Source: Nitrosopumilus sp.
GTDB taxonomy: Archaea > Thermoproteota > Nitrososphaeria > Nitrososphaerales > Nitrosopumilaceae
Direction: 5' to 3'
DNA length: 64,000 nt
Assembly: GCA_965249555.1 (NCBI GenBank)
Contig: OZ252243.1
Location: 1,184,001-1,248,000 of the forward strand
Shown here: positions 1 through 9,309 of the stretch, piece by piece
How the letters are laid out: each line of letters starts with the position of its first letter
How positions within the stretch are numbered: position 1 is the first letter of the stretch
Translations under genes and position numbers: made by a program
Notes under the pieces: model-generated
Seen by the model: only the letters and a program-made list of their open reading frames with translations
What the model was told of the DNA's origin: nothing
Database searches by the model: none

Positions 1-353
1 ATTTTCAATGTTACTATATCGTTAACTAGTGCCACGTTTCTTATTCTGATATTTCGTGTTCCACATATGCATTCCACTTTTGATGTAGTAGGTTTTCCAT
101 TAATGTAATCCATTGATACAGCAATCATAGATGACATTACTGCTGCAACTGTTCCAATAACAATGTCTCCATCTTTTGGAATTGATAGAAGTTTTGGATG
201 CTTAATGCTTGCAATACGTGTTGTTTTATCAATGTCTTTTTCTCCTACAGTCGCTGCTCTGACCATATTTCCATCATCAAAAGTGTTGTATCCAGCCTCA
301 TATTCTTCAATAGATGCTATTTTGTCACCTGGAAATGCTGTATTTTCTGACAT
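1..353 (-). CDS. csl4: Exosome RNA-binding subunit Csl4 (3' end runs off window)
   Basis: Manual translation from ATG at 353: MSENTAFPGDKIASIEEYEAGYNTF...IPKDGDIVIGTV, a Csl4/Rrp4 N-terminal domain followed by S1; absent from the ORF track because it is partial. Confidence 0.85.
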   Translation of the reverse strand, partial: MSENTAFPGDKIASIEEYEAGYNTFDDGNMVRAATVGEKDIDKTTRIASIKHPKLLSIPKDGDIVIGTVAAVMSSMIAVSMDYINGKPTTSKVECICGTRNIRIRNVALVNDIVTLK

Positions 354-441
354 GTTGTGATTTTTGCTGTTATGATTATAATTGTTTGTGGTGCGAAAGT
401 CCTGTTAACTTTGTGGGTGTATCTTCTTCGTGTTTACACTG

Positions 442-492
442 TAAATTCTTAGGGACATTTCATTTTCTCTCAAAATTCTGTAAACTTGGGGA
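442..492. repeat. 51-bp dispersed repeat, copy 1 (inverted copy at 16807-16857)
   Basis: TAAATTCTTAGGGACATTTCATTTTCTCTCAAAATTCTGTAAACTTGGGGA is the exact reverse complement of 16807-16857. Confidence 0.9.
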
Positions 493-569
493 CATGAAAA
501 TCTGATCAGTATGTGCATTTATCTAGATCGATATAGAATATTTCTTCACTGATTTCGGATTTTACTGAT

Positions 570-1067
570 TTAATTATTAAAAAAATGACAGATAAGAGTT
601 CCAGATAACGAAATCACAGAAATAATCATACAAATTAATGCTATTCGTAAATATCTAAATTTTTCACTTTGAATATCTGCTATACTGTAAATATTATCTA
701 AAAAATCTTGTAATATGTTTTCGACAGTCATCATTTGTACCCTTTTTCTATATTCTTCTTTTGTTTGTTGAGTTATAGATTTGTAAAAAATTATACTTTC
801 AAATTGAGTTTTTTGAGTAATTCTAGGAAAGATGACTAGGAATGAGAAAAAAATAGTGGCACTCAGGAACCCTATCGTGGTTATTAATCCAAATATAAGA
901 TATTTGTCCAAATTTATTTTCTCAGAAAACACTAAAAGACCCATGATGATTCCTGCTGAACCTAAAATCAATCCTGCCTTTGTGTCTGCAAAATTTATCA
1001 GATCTACATTATGTTGGAGGATTGATTTTACAAGTTCAATTTTTTCATCCATTGTATCTTTACTCAT
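570..1067 (-). CDS. pycTM: Pycsar-type transmembrane effector (PycTM/DUF5706-like)
   Basis: NFADTKAG motif, two TM helices, FPR...SIIFY..I, K.R.LR.A and a C-terminal TM; coupled to the upstream cyclase (TAATG overlap). Confidence 0.8.
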   Translation of the reverse strand: MSKDTMDEKIELVKSILQHNVDLINFADTKAGLILGSAGIIMGLLVFSEKINLDKYLIFGLITTIGFLSATIFFSFLVIFPRITQKTQFESIIFYKSITQQTKEEYRKRVQMMTVENILQDFLDNIYSIADIQSEKFRYLRIALICMIISVISLSGTLICHFFNN

Positions 1068-1798
1068 TAATTATATCCATTCCAATGTGCACTATAATGA
1101 TAAAATCTATACTTTTTGTTAGTTGCAATATCCACCCACTCAAAGTCATCTCTATTGTTTTGCATAGTGCAATACGATTGTTCCATTTGAGATAATTCCG
1201 AATATACAGAATCACCTAAAAATATTTGATGCTCTCCAGCAAATTCTTCTAATTGTTTTGCTATGCTTACTTCATTACCAACTAAAGTTAATTGATTCAT
1301 TCCTTGTACACCTACACGTGCAACCCATATGTTCCCATAATCTAATCCAATAGAACATGAAAAACGAGGTAACTTTATTGAGTCAAGATATGCATTTATT
1401 GCATAATTAATTTCAGTTAAAATTGTCAATCCACAATCTATTGCGTTTGAAATTGCTTTTTCTTTACTTATTCCCACTCCAAATAAGGCTGTAATTCCAT
1501 CTCCAACATATTTTTCTATGAATCCATCATAATCTCTGATTACATAAGTTAATTCTGAAAGATAAATGTTAAGAAATCGTAGTTTCTCATCATTAGATAA
1601 ATTCCCTGTTAGTTTTTTAAAATTATTCATATCGATATGCATTACTACAAGTCCAAATTCTTTGGCTTCCCCTAATCTCATGTCATCAATTTTTGGTATA
1701 GTTTTTCCTGATGTAATGTCATCAAATTCTCGATCACAATCAAACTGTTTTACTCTATTTTTGGCTTCAATTATTGTGTTATTATTATTCCATGGCAT
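1067..1798 (-). CDS. pycC: Class III nucleotide cyclase, PycC-like
   Basis: HIDMNNF (first metal Asp), EKYVGDG (second Asp), SIGLDYG, LVGNEV; operon with a PycTM-like gene. Confidence 0.8.
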   Translation of the reverse strand: MPWNNNNTIIEAKNRVKQFDCDREFDDITSGKTIPKIDDMRLGEAKEFGLVVMHIDMNNFKKLTGNLSNDEKLRFLNIYLSELTYVIRDYDGFIEKYVGDGITALFGVGISKEKAISNAIDCGLTILTEINYAINAYLDSIKLPRFSCSIGLDYGNIWVARVGVQGMNQLTLVGNEVSIAKQLEEFAGEHQIFLGDSVYSELSQMEQSYCTMQNNRDDFEWVDIATNKKYRFYHYSAHWNGYN

Positions 1799-2238
1799 AT
1801 GCGTAGAGTAAAACTATGTTCTTAATTAGTATGAGTCATTAGTATTCAATCTTTTAAAAAATTGAAATATGAACTTGTATACAAATTATCAGAAATTGTT
1901 TAATGTGTTTAGAGGCCACTCTTAACATGGATACTATTGAAAATAAGAAAGGTCCTAATGGAGAATCCAGCAAAAAGTCAGGTAAACCATCAGGCCGATA
2001 GAGCTGGAATTGAGATTAAAGGGGATAACAAATGGTTAACCATAATCCAAAACGCCTCACTCTATAATTAAAATTCTATTAGAATAGTAAAATAGTTATA
2101 TGATTATTCTGTGTATCAAAATTAACTTGAGTTTGGCTTGTCTTTGCCTGTGATTTGCTATCACAATTAAGACAAAAAATGAAGCCTTATACTCCTATCG
2201 GGCATAAGGTAGATTCTTTTTATTTTAAAAAAATTAAT

Positions 2239-2321
2239 GCTACGGTACGCAAGTCTGGTATGCGGGAAGACTTCTAATCTTCTGCCCGATAGGTTCGGGG
2301 ATTCGAATCCCTCTCGTAGCG
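2239..2321 (+). tRNA. Class II (long V-arm) tRNA-like gene, anticodon TCT (Arg) on a Ser-like body
   Basis: Acceptor GCTACGG/TCGTAGC, D-stem CGC/GCG, anticodon arm GAAGA-CTTCTAA-TCTTC, 14-nt variable region, TTCGAAT loop with an A53-C61 mismatch. Confidence 0.75.
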
Positions 2322-2625
2322 AGGGGTTCTGCATGGTTACGTAACGCAATGGTAGAGGCTGCAAATACTACAGTACGATTTGATGAAAGAATGGAATCAT
2401 TCTATTTCAGAATTACAAAGAGAAGAAAACAAAAGTGGCAGCTGCAAGACCGGATGCTTGCAATAATCCGGGCACATGCTAACTCTGAAAGTGTATCGTA
2501 CACAAAATCATGAACTGACACAACGAAAGTATAAGATGCAAGGCATATCTGAGATGTCCTGATTCAGCAAAGCACGCTAGGAAGTGTCCTCAGTAGGGTT
2601 GGAGACGATTTCGTATGGGAGAATC
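2321..2625 (+). mobile_element. IS110 (type B) 3'/right-end fragment
   Basis: Encodes RGSAWLRNAMVEAA; near-identical to the reverse complement of about 53876-54187 and to 6277-6497. Confidence 0.85.
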
Positions 2626-2922
2626 TTATAGACCACTATTTTTATTACCATTAGATGTTACAGTACAAGTTATTTTATCATCATCACCAGTATCTAGATT
2701 ATTTTTCCAATGCAGTGGAATTAAATTTGAGATATTATTTGACCCACCTTTTGATTCAGCTTTTATATGATGGATTTCCCAACCAAAATCTGATTGCCTA
2801 TCTCCATGTGCAGAAAGTTTTATCCATGCTCCACACACATCTTTTCTAAAATCGTTTTTATCATTATTTTTATCTATCTCTCCGTTACACCAGACATCTG
2901 TTTTGATATCGTTATTGGACAA
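2626..2922 (-). CDS. Small HNH endonuclease
   Basis: GWEIHHIKAESKGGSNNISNLIPLHWKNN HNH motif. Confidence 0.8.
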   Translation of the reverse strand: MSNNDIKTDVWCNGEIDKNNDKNDFRKDVCGAWIKLSAHGDRQSDFGWEIHHIKAESKGGSNNISNLIPLHWKNNLDTGDDDKITCTVTSNGNKNSGL

Positions 2923-3174
2923 TATGGTGAATAATGAATTATCATTATTAAGTGTAATACATTTACATCTTAAGATCGTCTTAACTAATTTTCCGTTCTC
3001 TTACAATTCTAACGCAATATGATATACCGTGAGATTTATTGGCAAATCTTCCGTTTTTTACTTCATGATCTACCCACTTTAGGAGTTCATAATCTATTGA
3101 TATGGCTGTCTTGATTTTCGTACACAAAGTTATACCAAATATAACTTAAATGCGGTAAAACTAGGTTATACTTT

Positions 3175-4947
3175 ATGATTAAATTTGTCTTTATTTTGTT
3201 AATTACCATTACATTTATTCCAGCATTTGCTGATAGTCATCCAGTTTCAAGGGATTATTTTTATGAATGGAAAGAATGGGCATATGATATATTTGATTGG
3301 TATAAAAATCAAATATCAACACTTGAATCTGAAAATGAAAAATTAAAGCTGCAGATTGCACATTATCAAAATGAACCAAATTATAACGATCCTGATTATG
3401 ATACCCATTCAAAATATCTAACACCAGAACTAATAACACAACAACAAGAACAGATAACACAAGATCAAAATAATGAAGATATGAGAGTTGTTTATTATGA
3501 TAATGGAAATATTAAACAGATTTTTGATAGTGATGGATTTTTAATTGTTGAGTATTATGAAAGTGGAAGTTTTAAGTCTTATTTTAATGAATTTTATAAT
3601 GATGAGATAATTAAAAAATATAGTAAAACTGGAATAGAAGAAACATTTGAGAATTATAAACAAGAAAAACAACAAGATGGTTTGTTAGATGGTCAAGCCT
3701 TAGATTCTAATGGAAATCTTGTATTACTTACTGCAGAATCTCAATATGCACATCATCTAAAAACATTAGAATTAAATGAAGAAAGAGGTATGGGACCTTT
3801 TCATGATGGTTTTAGGTTTGGACCAGATAGTTATTATGACAAATTATGTGAAGATTCAAACAGAAATTGGATAATACCAACCATTGAGTTAGAATTTCCT
3901 ACATCTCAGACTTTGGGAAATACAGAATACATCTATCATATGCCAAATGAGAATGAAATTGTAGTTGAGGGAAGTGTGATTAAATCAAATGATTATGATA
4001 AATATGTTTCAGTCTATTTCAATTTTTTTACTGATGACGAACTGCGTCAAACTGATTTAATTGGAATTACTGTTAGTTCTGGAATAGTTGGCACTGTTTG
4101 GAATAGTGATAATCCTAACAATTTTGGAAGAATATTAGATAAAGATGATGGAAGATTTTCTACAAGTTTCAATAAAAATACTATAGATGAGATATTAGGT
4201 TCTGATCCTGTTTATGACAAACATGTATCTAGTTTTTATAAAATAACAGTGAATTATGATGATCAATGTGGATTTAAAAAGTTTGATTATGTTAGATACA
4301 TTGAAGATATAACACCCACAATAAATGAAATACCAACACTAGAACCAAAGGTAACACCAGAAACAACCAAAGACCTAACACGAATAGAGTATGATGATAA
4401 TGGAAACAAAAAATATTATTATAAAAATAATATTTTGGTTGCAGAGTATTATGAAAATGGAAACTTTAAGGTTCTTTATGATGATAATGGTAATCTAATT
4501 AAAAAATATCCAGTATCTAAACAATCAATATATGAGTCAACTCCAACAATAAATGAAATATCAAAAGACCCATCCGAATCAATTGAAGTCAAATATTACA
4601 AAATACCATTACCATTTAGTAATGGGAATTTTGCTAATGCACATAGAAGCCATGCAGAAGTAATTACAATTGATGTAAATGTTGCTTGTATAGATGGGAA
4701 ATCTTCGTGTTTTACTCCAGATAGAACAGTAATACCAGTTGGTGGGGAGGTTATTTTTGTAGTAAATGATGGTTTTGGACATGTCATTGTTCAAGGAACT
4801 GATAGGGCTAAACCATATGATGGTGAATTTAGAGTAGATAATTTAGTTAGAGGTGGACAGTTTTCACATGTTTTTGATAATGCAGGAGAATATCCATACT
4901 TTTCTCATATACATCCTAATGCAGAAGGTATTGTAATAGTAGAATAA
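3175..4947 (+). CDS. Secreted protein with YwqK/MORN-like repeats and a C-terminal degenerate cupredoxin domain
   Basis: Signal peptide; YYDNGNIK, YYESGSFK, YDDNGNKK, YYENGNFK repeats; C-terminus GEYPYFSHIHPNAEG. Confidence 0.7.
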   Translation: MIKFVFILLITITFIPAFADSHPVSRDYFYEWKEWAYDIFDWYKNQISTLESENEKLKLQIAHYQNEPNYNDPDYDTHSKYLTPELITQQQEQITQDQNNEDMRVVYYDNGNIKQIFDSDGFLIVEYYESGSFKSYFNEFYNDEIIKKYSKTGIEETFENYKQEKQQDGLLDGQALDSNGNLVLLTAESQYAHHLKTLELNEERGMGPFHDGFRFGPDSYYDKLCEDSNRNWIIPTIELEFPTSQTLGNTEYIYHMPNENEIVVEGSVIKSNDYDKYVSVYFNFFTDDELRQTDLIGITVSSGIVGTVWNSDNPNNFGRILDKDDGRFSTSFNKNTIDEILGSDPVYDKHVSSFYKITVNYDDQCGFKKFDYVRYIEDITPTINEIPTLEPKVTPETTKDLTRIEYDDNGNKKYYYKNNILVAEYYENGNFKVLYDDNGNLIKKYPVSKQSIYESTPTINEISKDPSESIEVKYYKIPLPFSNGNFANAHRSHAEVITIDVNVACIDGKSSCFTPDRTVIPVGGEVIFVVNDGFGHVIVQGTDRAKPYDGEFRVDNLVRGGQFSHVFDNAGEYPYFSHIHPNAEGIVIVE

Positions 4948-4980
4948 CACTACTAACAACATAATTCTTTCAATATCTTT

Positions 4981-6214
4981 TGGTCTGGTCCCCTCTAGAA
5001 TGAGAACGTCTACATACACTTTTCAGGGGATCTAGGAGATTCACACTCATGGTAAAGAGCAAATTCACACCTGCAGAAAAATCAAGAATAATTCTTGAAT
5101 CATTAAACACCAACATTGGAACTGCAGAATTGTGCAGAAAGCACAACATTCATCCGCAGACATTCTACTCTTGGAAAGAAAAGTTTGTGGATGGAGGCAA
5201 ATCCGCATTAAACAGCAGGATCTGATGACAATACATGCAAGACATTACAAAAAGAAAATGAGACTCTAAAAAGAATTGTAGGTGAGTTGACCATCGTCAA
5301 TGACACTTTTAAAAAAATGTTGGAGGGACACAAAAGATGATCATTGCAAAGCAACTCACTGCAAAATTGAGTCTGAGAAAATCATTATCATACGTTGGGA
5401 TATCACACAACAAATGGTACCATACAAAATCCCCCCGAAACATTCCACTAAACAAGACCGTATCCCAAATGGTCCAAAAGATTGGAAATGCCAGGCCAAC
5501 ATATGGAACCCGTAGGATGGCTGCAGCCACAGCAAGGGAGCTTGGATTGCCTGTAAACAGAAAGCAGATTCGCAGAATATTCCACAAGCTAGGCTGGATT
5601 GCACCTGCAAAGACCAAAAAAGACATCATGGCATCCAAAAAGAAACTTTTCAAACCGACTGCGCCAAACCAGTTGTGGCAGACAGATATGACATATGTCT
5701 GGTGTGGAGTTGATGGTTGGTGTTACTGCTTTAATGTCATAGATACATTTAGCAGAAAATGGATTTCATACATATTTGATGTAACTGCAAGCAAAGATGC
5801 TGCAACAGAATCAATCATTCATGCAATTGCAACTTCCAATCCGGATTGTGCCAAACTGATTATACGAACTGACAATGGTTCGCAATATGTAAGCCGAAAG
5901 TTCAGAGAAGCAATCCTGCTTTTGGGTGCAAGACAGGAATTCATCTGGCACCATACACCACAACAAAATGGTCATGTCGAATCGTTTCATAAAACGTTAA
6001 AGAAGGAATATCTCTGGCCACACGAGTTTGAAAATTTCCAATCAGCACAAGAATTGCCAAGGCATTTGAGGATTACAACGATTCCAGGATTCACTCTGCA
6101 CTTGGATACATCACGCCAGATGAATTTCTGGAAAAATGGGAGATGAGACATGAATGAGGGTAATTGTATGTAAAATTATGCAAAAAGTGCTCTCATTTAG
6201 TGGGGTCCACTCCA
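4981..6214 (+). mobile_element. IS3-family element, frameshifted OrfA/OrfB
   Basis: TG...CA imperfect IRs (TGGTCTGGTCCCCTCTAGAATGAGA / TCTCATTTAGTGGGGTCCACTCCA); OrfB WQTDMTY, TDNGSQY, NGHVESFHKTLKKE. Confidence 0.9.
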
Positions 6215-6218
6215 CCAA

Positions 6219-6284
6219 TTGCTAGTAATTTTTGATGTTGAAGGTGTTTTATATGATGAAGAATATCTCACTATTCTTTCAGAA
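6219..6284 (+). pseudogene. 5' fragment of a HAD phosphatase (SerB-like)
   Basis: TTG start, LLVIFDVEGVLYDEEYLTILSE (HAD motif I DxEG), then fused to an IS110 fragment. Confidence 0.6.
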
Positions 6285-6497
6285 TTGCAAAGAGAAGAAA
6301 ACAAAGGTGGTAGCTGCAAGACCGGATGCTTGCAATAATCCGGGCACATGCTAACTCTGAAAGTGTATCGTACACAAAATCATGAACTGACACAACGAAA
6401 GTATAAGATGCAAGGCATATCTGAGATGTCCTGATTCAGCAAAGCACGCTAGGAAGTGTCCTCAGTAGGGTTGGAGACGATTTCGTATGGGAGAACC
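6277..6497 (+). mobile_element. IS110 (type B) right-end fragment, second copy
   Basis: Direct repeat of about 2405-2625. Confidence 0.85.
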
Positions 6498-6548
6498 GGT
6501 GTGAAAGATCTTGGCAAATCATATATCTCCAAAAATTTGAAAAAAATC

Positions 6549-7625
6549 ATGAAAGCCCTTGTATATGATCAATATACTACTGATGATGATTTTTCTAAAA
6601 TCTTAAAAATCAAAGATATTCCTTCCCCTAAACCAAAACCTGATGAAGTTATTTTCAAAGTAAAAACAGCATCACTCAACTATGATGATATTTGGGGAAT
6701 GAGAGGTAAACCACTGGCAATTCCATTACCACACATATCTGGAACTGATGCTGCAGGGGAAGTTACTGCAGTTGGTAGTGATGTAAAAACTATCAAAGTT
6801 GGTGACAGAGTAGTTTCCCATGGAAATATGTCATGTAGAGTTTGCAAAGCATGTACTGATGGACGAGAATATGATTGTAGAAAACGAACTATTTGGGGTT
6901 TTGAAACAGGTCCGCTTTGGGGTGGATATTGTGAAGAAACTCATCTTCCTGAAGTCAATGTTGTGAAAATTCCTGAAAATGTGTCATATGATGCTGCTGC
7001 AGCTGCATCAATGACTTTACTGACAGCATGGCACATGCTAATTGGAAGAGCAAAAATTCAACCTGGACAATTAGTTTTGATTATGGGTGGAAGTTCAGGT
7101 GTTGGAAATTATGGAATTCAAATCGCAAAACTTTTTGGATGTACTGTAATTGCCACTGCTAGTCCTGATAAGTTGGAAAAATTACTGGACTTGGGAGCTG
7201 ATTATGCAGTAGATCATAGAAATGATGATTGGCACAAAGAAGTTAGAGCAATTACAAAAAAAATCTCGAAACCTTCTGGTGATATATCTGGAGTTGATGT
7301 AATTTTTGAACATATTGGAGGTTCTCACTGGAACAAAGAGCTAACTTTGCTAAATTATGGTGGAACAATTGTTACTACTGGGGCAACAACAGGTTATGAT
7401 GCAAAGACTGACCTACGTCACATTTTCTTCAAAGGAATCAACATTTTAGGTTCAACTCAAGGAACTAGAGCTGAATTAGAACTTGGTCTCTATTGGATGT
7501 CCCAAGGAAAAATAAAATCTGTAATTGATTCAGTGTATTCACTTGAACAGGCAGCAGAGGCTCACACAAAAATGCTGAAAGGCAAAGGACTTTTTGGAAA
7601 AATCTTAATGAAACCAGGATCATGA
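6549..7625 (+). CDS. Zinc-dependent MDR alcohol dehydrogenase/quinone reductase
   Basis: PHISGTDAAG, CRVCKAC..C structural Zn site, GGSSGVG; real start is probably ATG 6549 because the longer track ORF begins in IS DNA. Confidence 0.9.
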   Translation: MKALVYDQYTTDDDFSKILKIKDIPSPKPKPDEVIFKVKTASLNYDDIWGMRGKPLAIPLPHISGTDAAGEVTAVGSDVKTIKVGDRVVSHGNMSCRVCKACTDGREYDCRKRTIWGFETGPLWGGYCEETHLPEVNVVKIPENVSYDAAAAASMTLLTAWHMLIGRAKIQPGQLVLIMGGSSGVGNYGIQIAKLFGCTVIATASPDKLEKLLDLGADYAVDHRNDDWHKEVRAITKKISKPSGDISGVDVIFEHIGGSHWNKELTLLNYGGTIVTTGATTGYDAKTDLRHIFFKGINILGSTQGTRAELELGLYWMSQGKIKSVIDSVYSLEQAAEAHTKMLKGKGLFGKILMKPGS

Positions 7626-7631
7626 TTGATA

Positions 7632-8231
7632 ATGGTAGATCCTAAAATAAATTCAATTTTAGATGAAGGAAATAGATTATTTCTCCAAGGAAAACTAAAA
7701 GAAGCAATTGCATATTATGATAAAATTCTAAATGATAATCCGGAACATCTCAGTTCATTAAACAATAAGGGATATGCACTAAGTAAACTCAAAGATTTTG
7801 ATAATGCCATAAAGTGCTATGATGTGGCTCTTCAGATATGTCCAAACGATCTTTCTGTGTTAGTAAATAAAATCTCAACTATTCGTAAACAAGGAAATTT
7901 TGTTAAAGCATTGTCATTATGTGATAAAATTTTAAAGGATTATCCAAAATACAATATTGCCTTATATCACAAAGAACGAATTTTATTTTCTATGAAAAAA
8001 TTTGATGAATCTATTTTATGCTGTAATAGTATATTGGAAGTTTATCCAAATAATGGTGATGTTTTATTTGATAAATCATGTAACTTCATCATGCTCTCAC
8101 AAGTTGATGAAGCACTTGTTCTTCTAGAACGTGCAATTATTCAAGGAATTCAATATAAAATCAAAGCAAAAAAATCTAAATCATTTGAAAAATTATTAGA
8201 TAACTCCAAGTTCAAAAAATTAGTATCGTGA
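7632..8231 (+). CDS. TPR-repeat protein
   Basis: Repeated EAI..YDKIL..NP / LNNKG.AL motifs. Confidence 0.85.
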   Translation: MVDPKINSILDEGNRLFLQGKLKEAIAYYDKILNDNPEHLSSLNNKGYALSKLKDFDNAIKCYDVALQICPNDLSVLVNKISTIRKQGNFVKALSLCDKILKDYPKYNIALYHKERILFSMKKFDESILCCNSILEVYPNNGDVLFDKSCNFIMLSQVDEALVLLERAIIQGIQYKIKAKKSKSFEKLLDNSKFKKLVS

Positions 8232-9227
8232 TTATAACCAGTGAGGAATTTCTAAATATTCCTCAATACTTTCATTTCGTAAAATTTTGAGAAGTGCATT
8301 TGCCTGAGGTGTTGATAATACTGGTTTGTCAAACTGATTGTCTGTAGATATTCTTGGGCATGCTACTTGAATAAAAGCATCAATTCCTTTAAGATTTCTT
8401 AATCTTTCATTTGTAATGTCAGTTAGTGCAAATAACTGAACCTCTTTTCCTTCTTTTTCTAATTCTTTTTTAATTTTCAAAGCAAACACTTTGGATAGTT
8501 GTCCCTCTTTTAGTCCTATAATTACTCCAAATGATTTTGCTTCAGCTGCTTTGTATATTGCAAGAGTAGCTTTCTTTTTTAATTTCTGAGCAAATTCTGT
8601 AATTTCTCTTACTTCATTAAAGTAAGGATCTAAAACATAAGTTGGTAAATTTGTTGATAGAGCAATTCCCGCTGCATGAAAATTACTTTGACCTAAAAAT
8701 ACATAGGCATCAACCTCTTTTTTTAGACTTGATGCAGGATAAAACTCACAACCAAACACTTGACCATCATTCAATTGCCCTTTTCCTTTTCCAATTTTAA
8801 CTTTAATTCCATTCCCTGTTAAAATTTTTTCAACTTTGTCTATTTGATGTAAATGCTGACTATCTGTAACCAATGAAATTATTTTTCCTTTTAAAATACT
8901 TCCACATTTTTTTGCAACACTATCAAATCCTACATCATCAAATGCATCAATTAAAACTAAATTTTTTTCTAGTGATTCAGTATTTATTGTATGTCCAATG
9001 TTAAATTGAATTTCTGCTCCAAGAACTTTTGAACCATTTGAATTCAGATCACAAGTTCCCCATGTTGTATCTGCTAAAACATATGCTGGAATCCCAAATT
9101 TTTTTGTAATATTTATAGCAGTTTCTTGAACTTTAGGTAAAATCCCATCAGGACCGTTTAATGAAACTGATGCTGGATTTTTATCTTCAATTTCTTTGAA
9201 AATTCTCTCTTCATCTATTATTATCAA
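8232..9227 (-). CDS. dph2: Diphthamide biosynthesis enzyme Dph2
   Basis: WGTCD, GQVFGC, VACPRI [4Fe-4S] cysteines. Confidence 0.92.
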   Translation of the reverse strand: MIIIDEERIFKEIEDKNPASVSLNGPDGILPKVQETAINITKKFGIPAYVLADTTWGTCDLNSNGSKVLGAEIQFNIGHTINTESLEKNLVLIDAFDDVGFDSVAKKCGSILKGKIISLVTDSQHLHQIDKVEKILTGNGIKVKIGKGKGQLNDGQVFGCEFYPASSLKKEVDAYVFLGQSNFHAAGIALSTNLPTYVLDPYFNEVREITEFAQKLKKKATLAIYKAAEAKSFGVIIGLKEGQLSKVFALKIKKELEKEGKEVQLFALTDITNERLRNLKGIDAFIQVACPRISTDNQFDKPVLSTPQANALLKILRNESIEEYLEIPHWL

Positions 9228-9309
9228 TTTAGCTTGGAATCTAACTTTATTAATTTAAACCAACTGTACTCTCCAACAACTAAAAATGCCTGAGTTGTTC
9301 AATTGATTT

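Noticed and set aside
2265-2283. Possible pyrrolysine/amber (CTA) suppressor tRNA
   Set aside because: The 7-nt loop CTTCTAA centres on TCT; the long V-arm and normal D-loop are unlike tRNA-Pyl; no pyl genes in the window.
6456-6548. N-terminal extension of the alcohol dehydrogenase ORF
   Set aside because: It begins inside the IS110 right-end fragment; the family N-terminus MKALVY starts at 6549.
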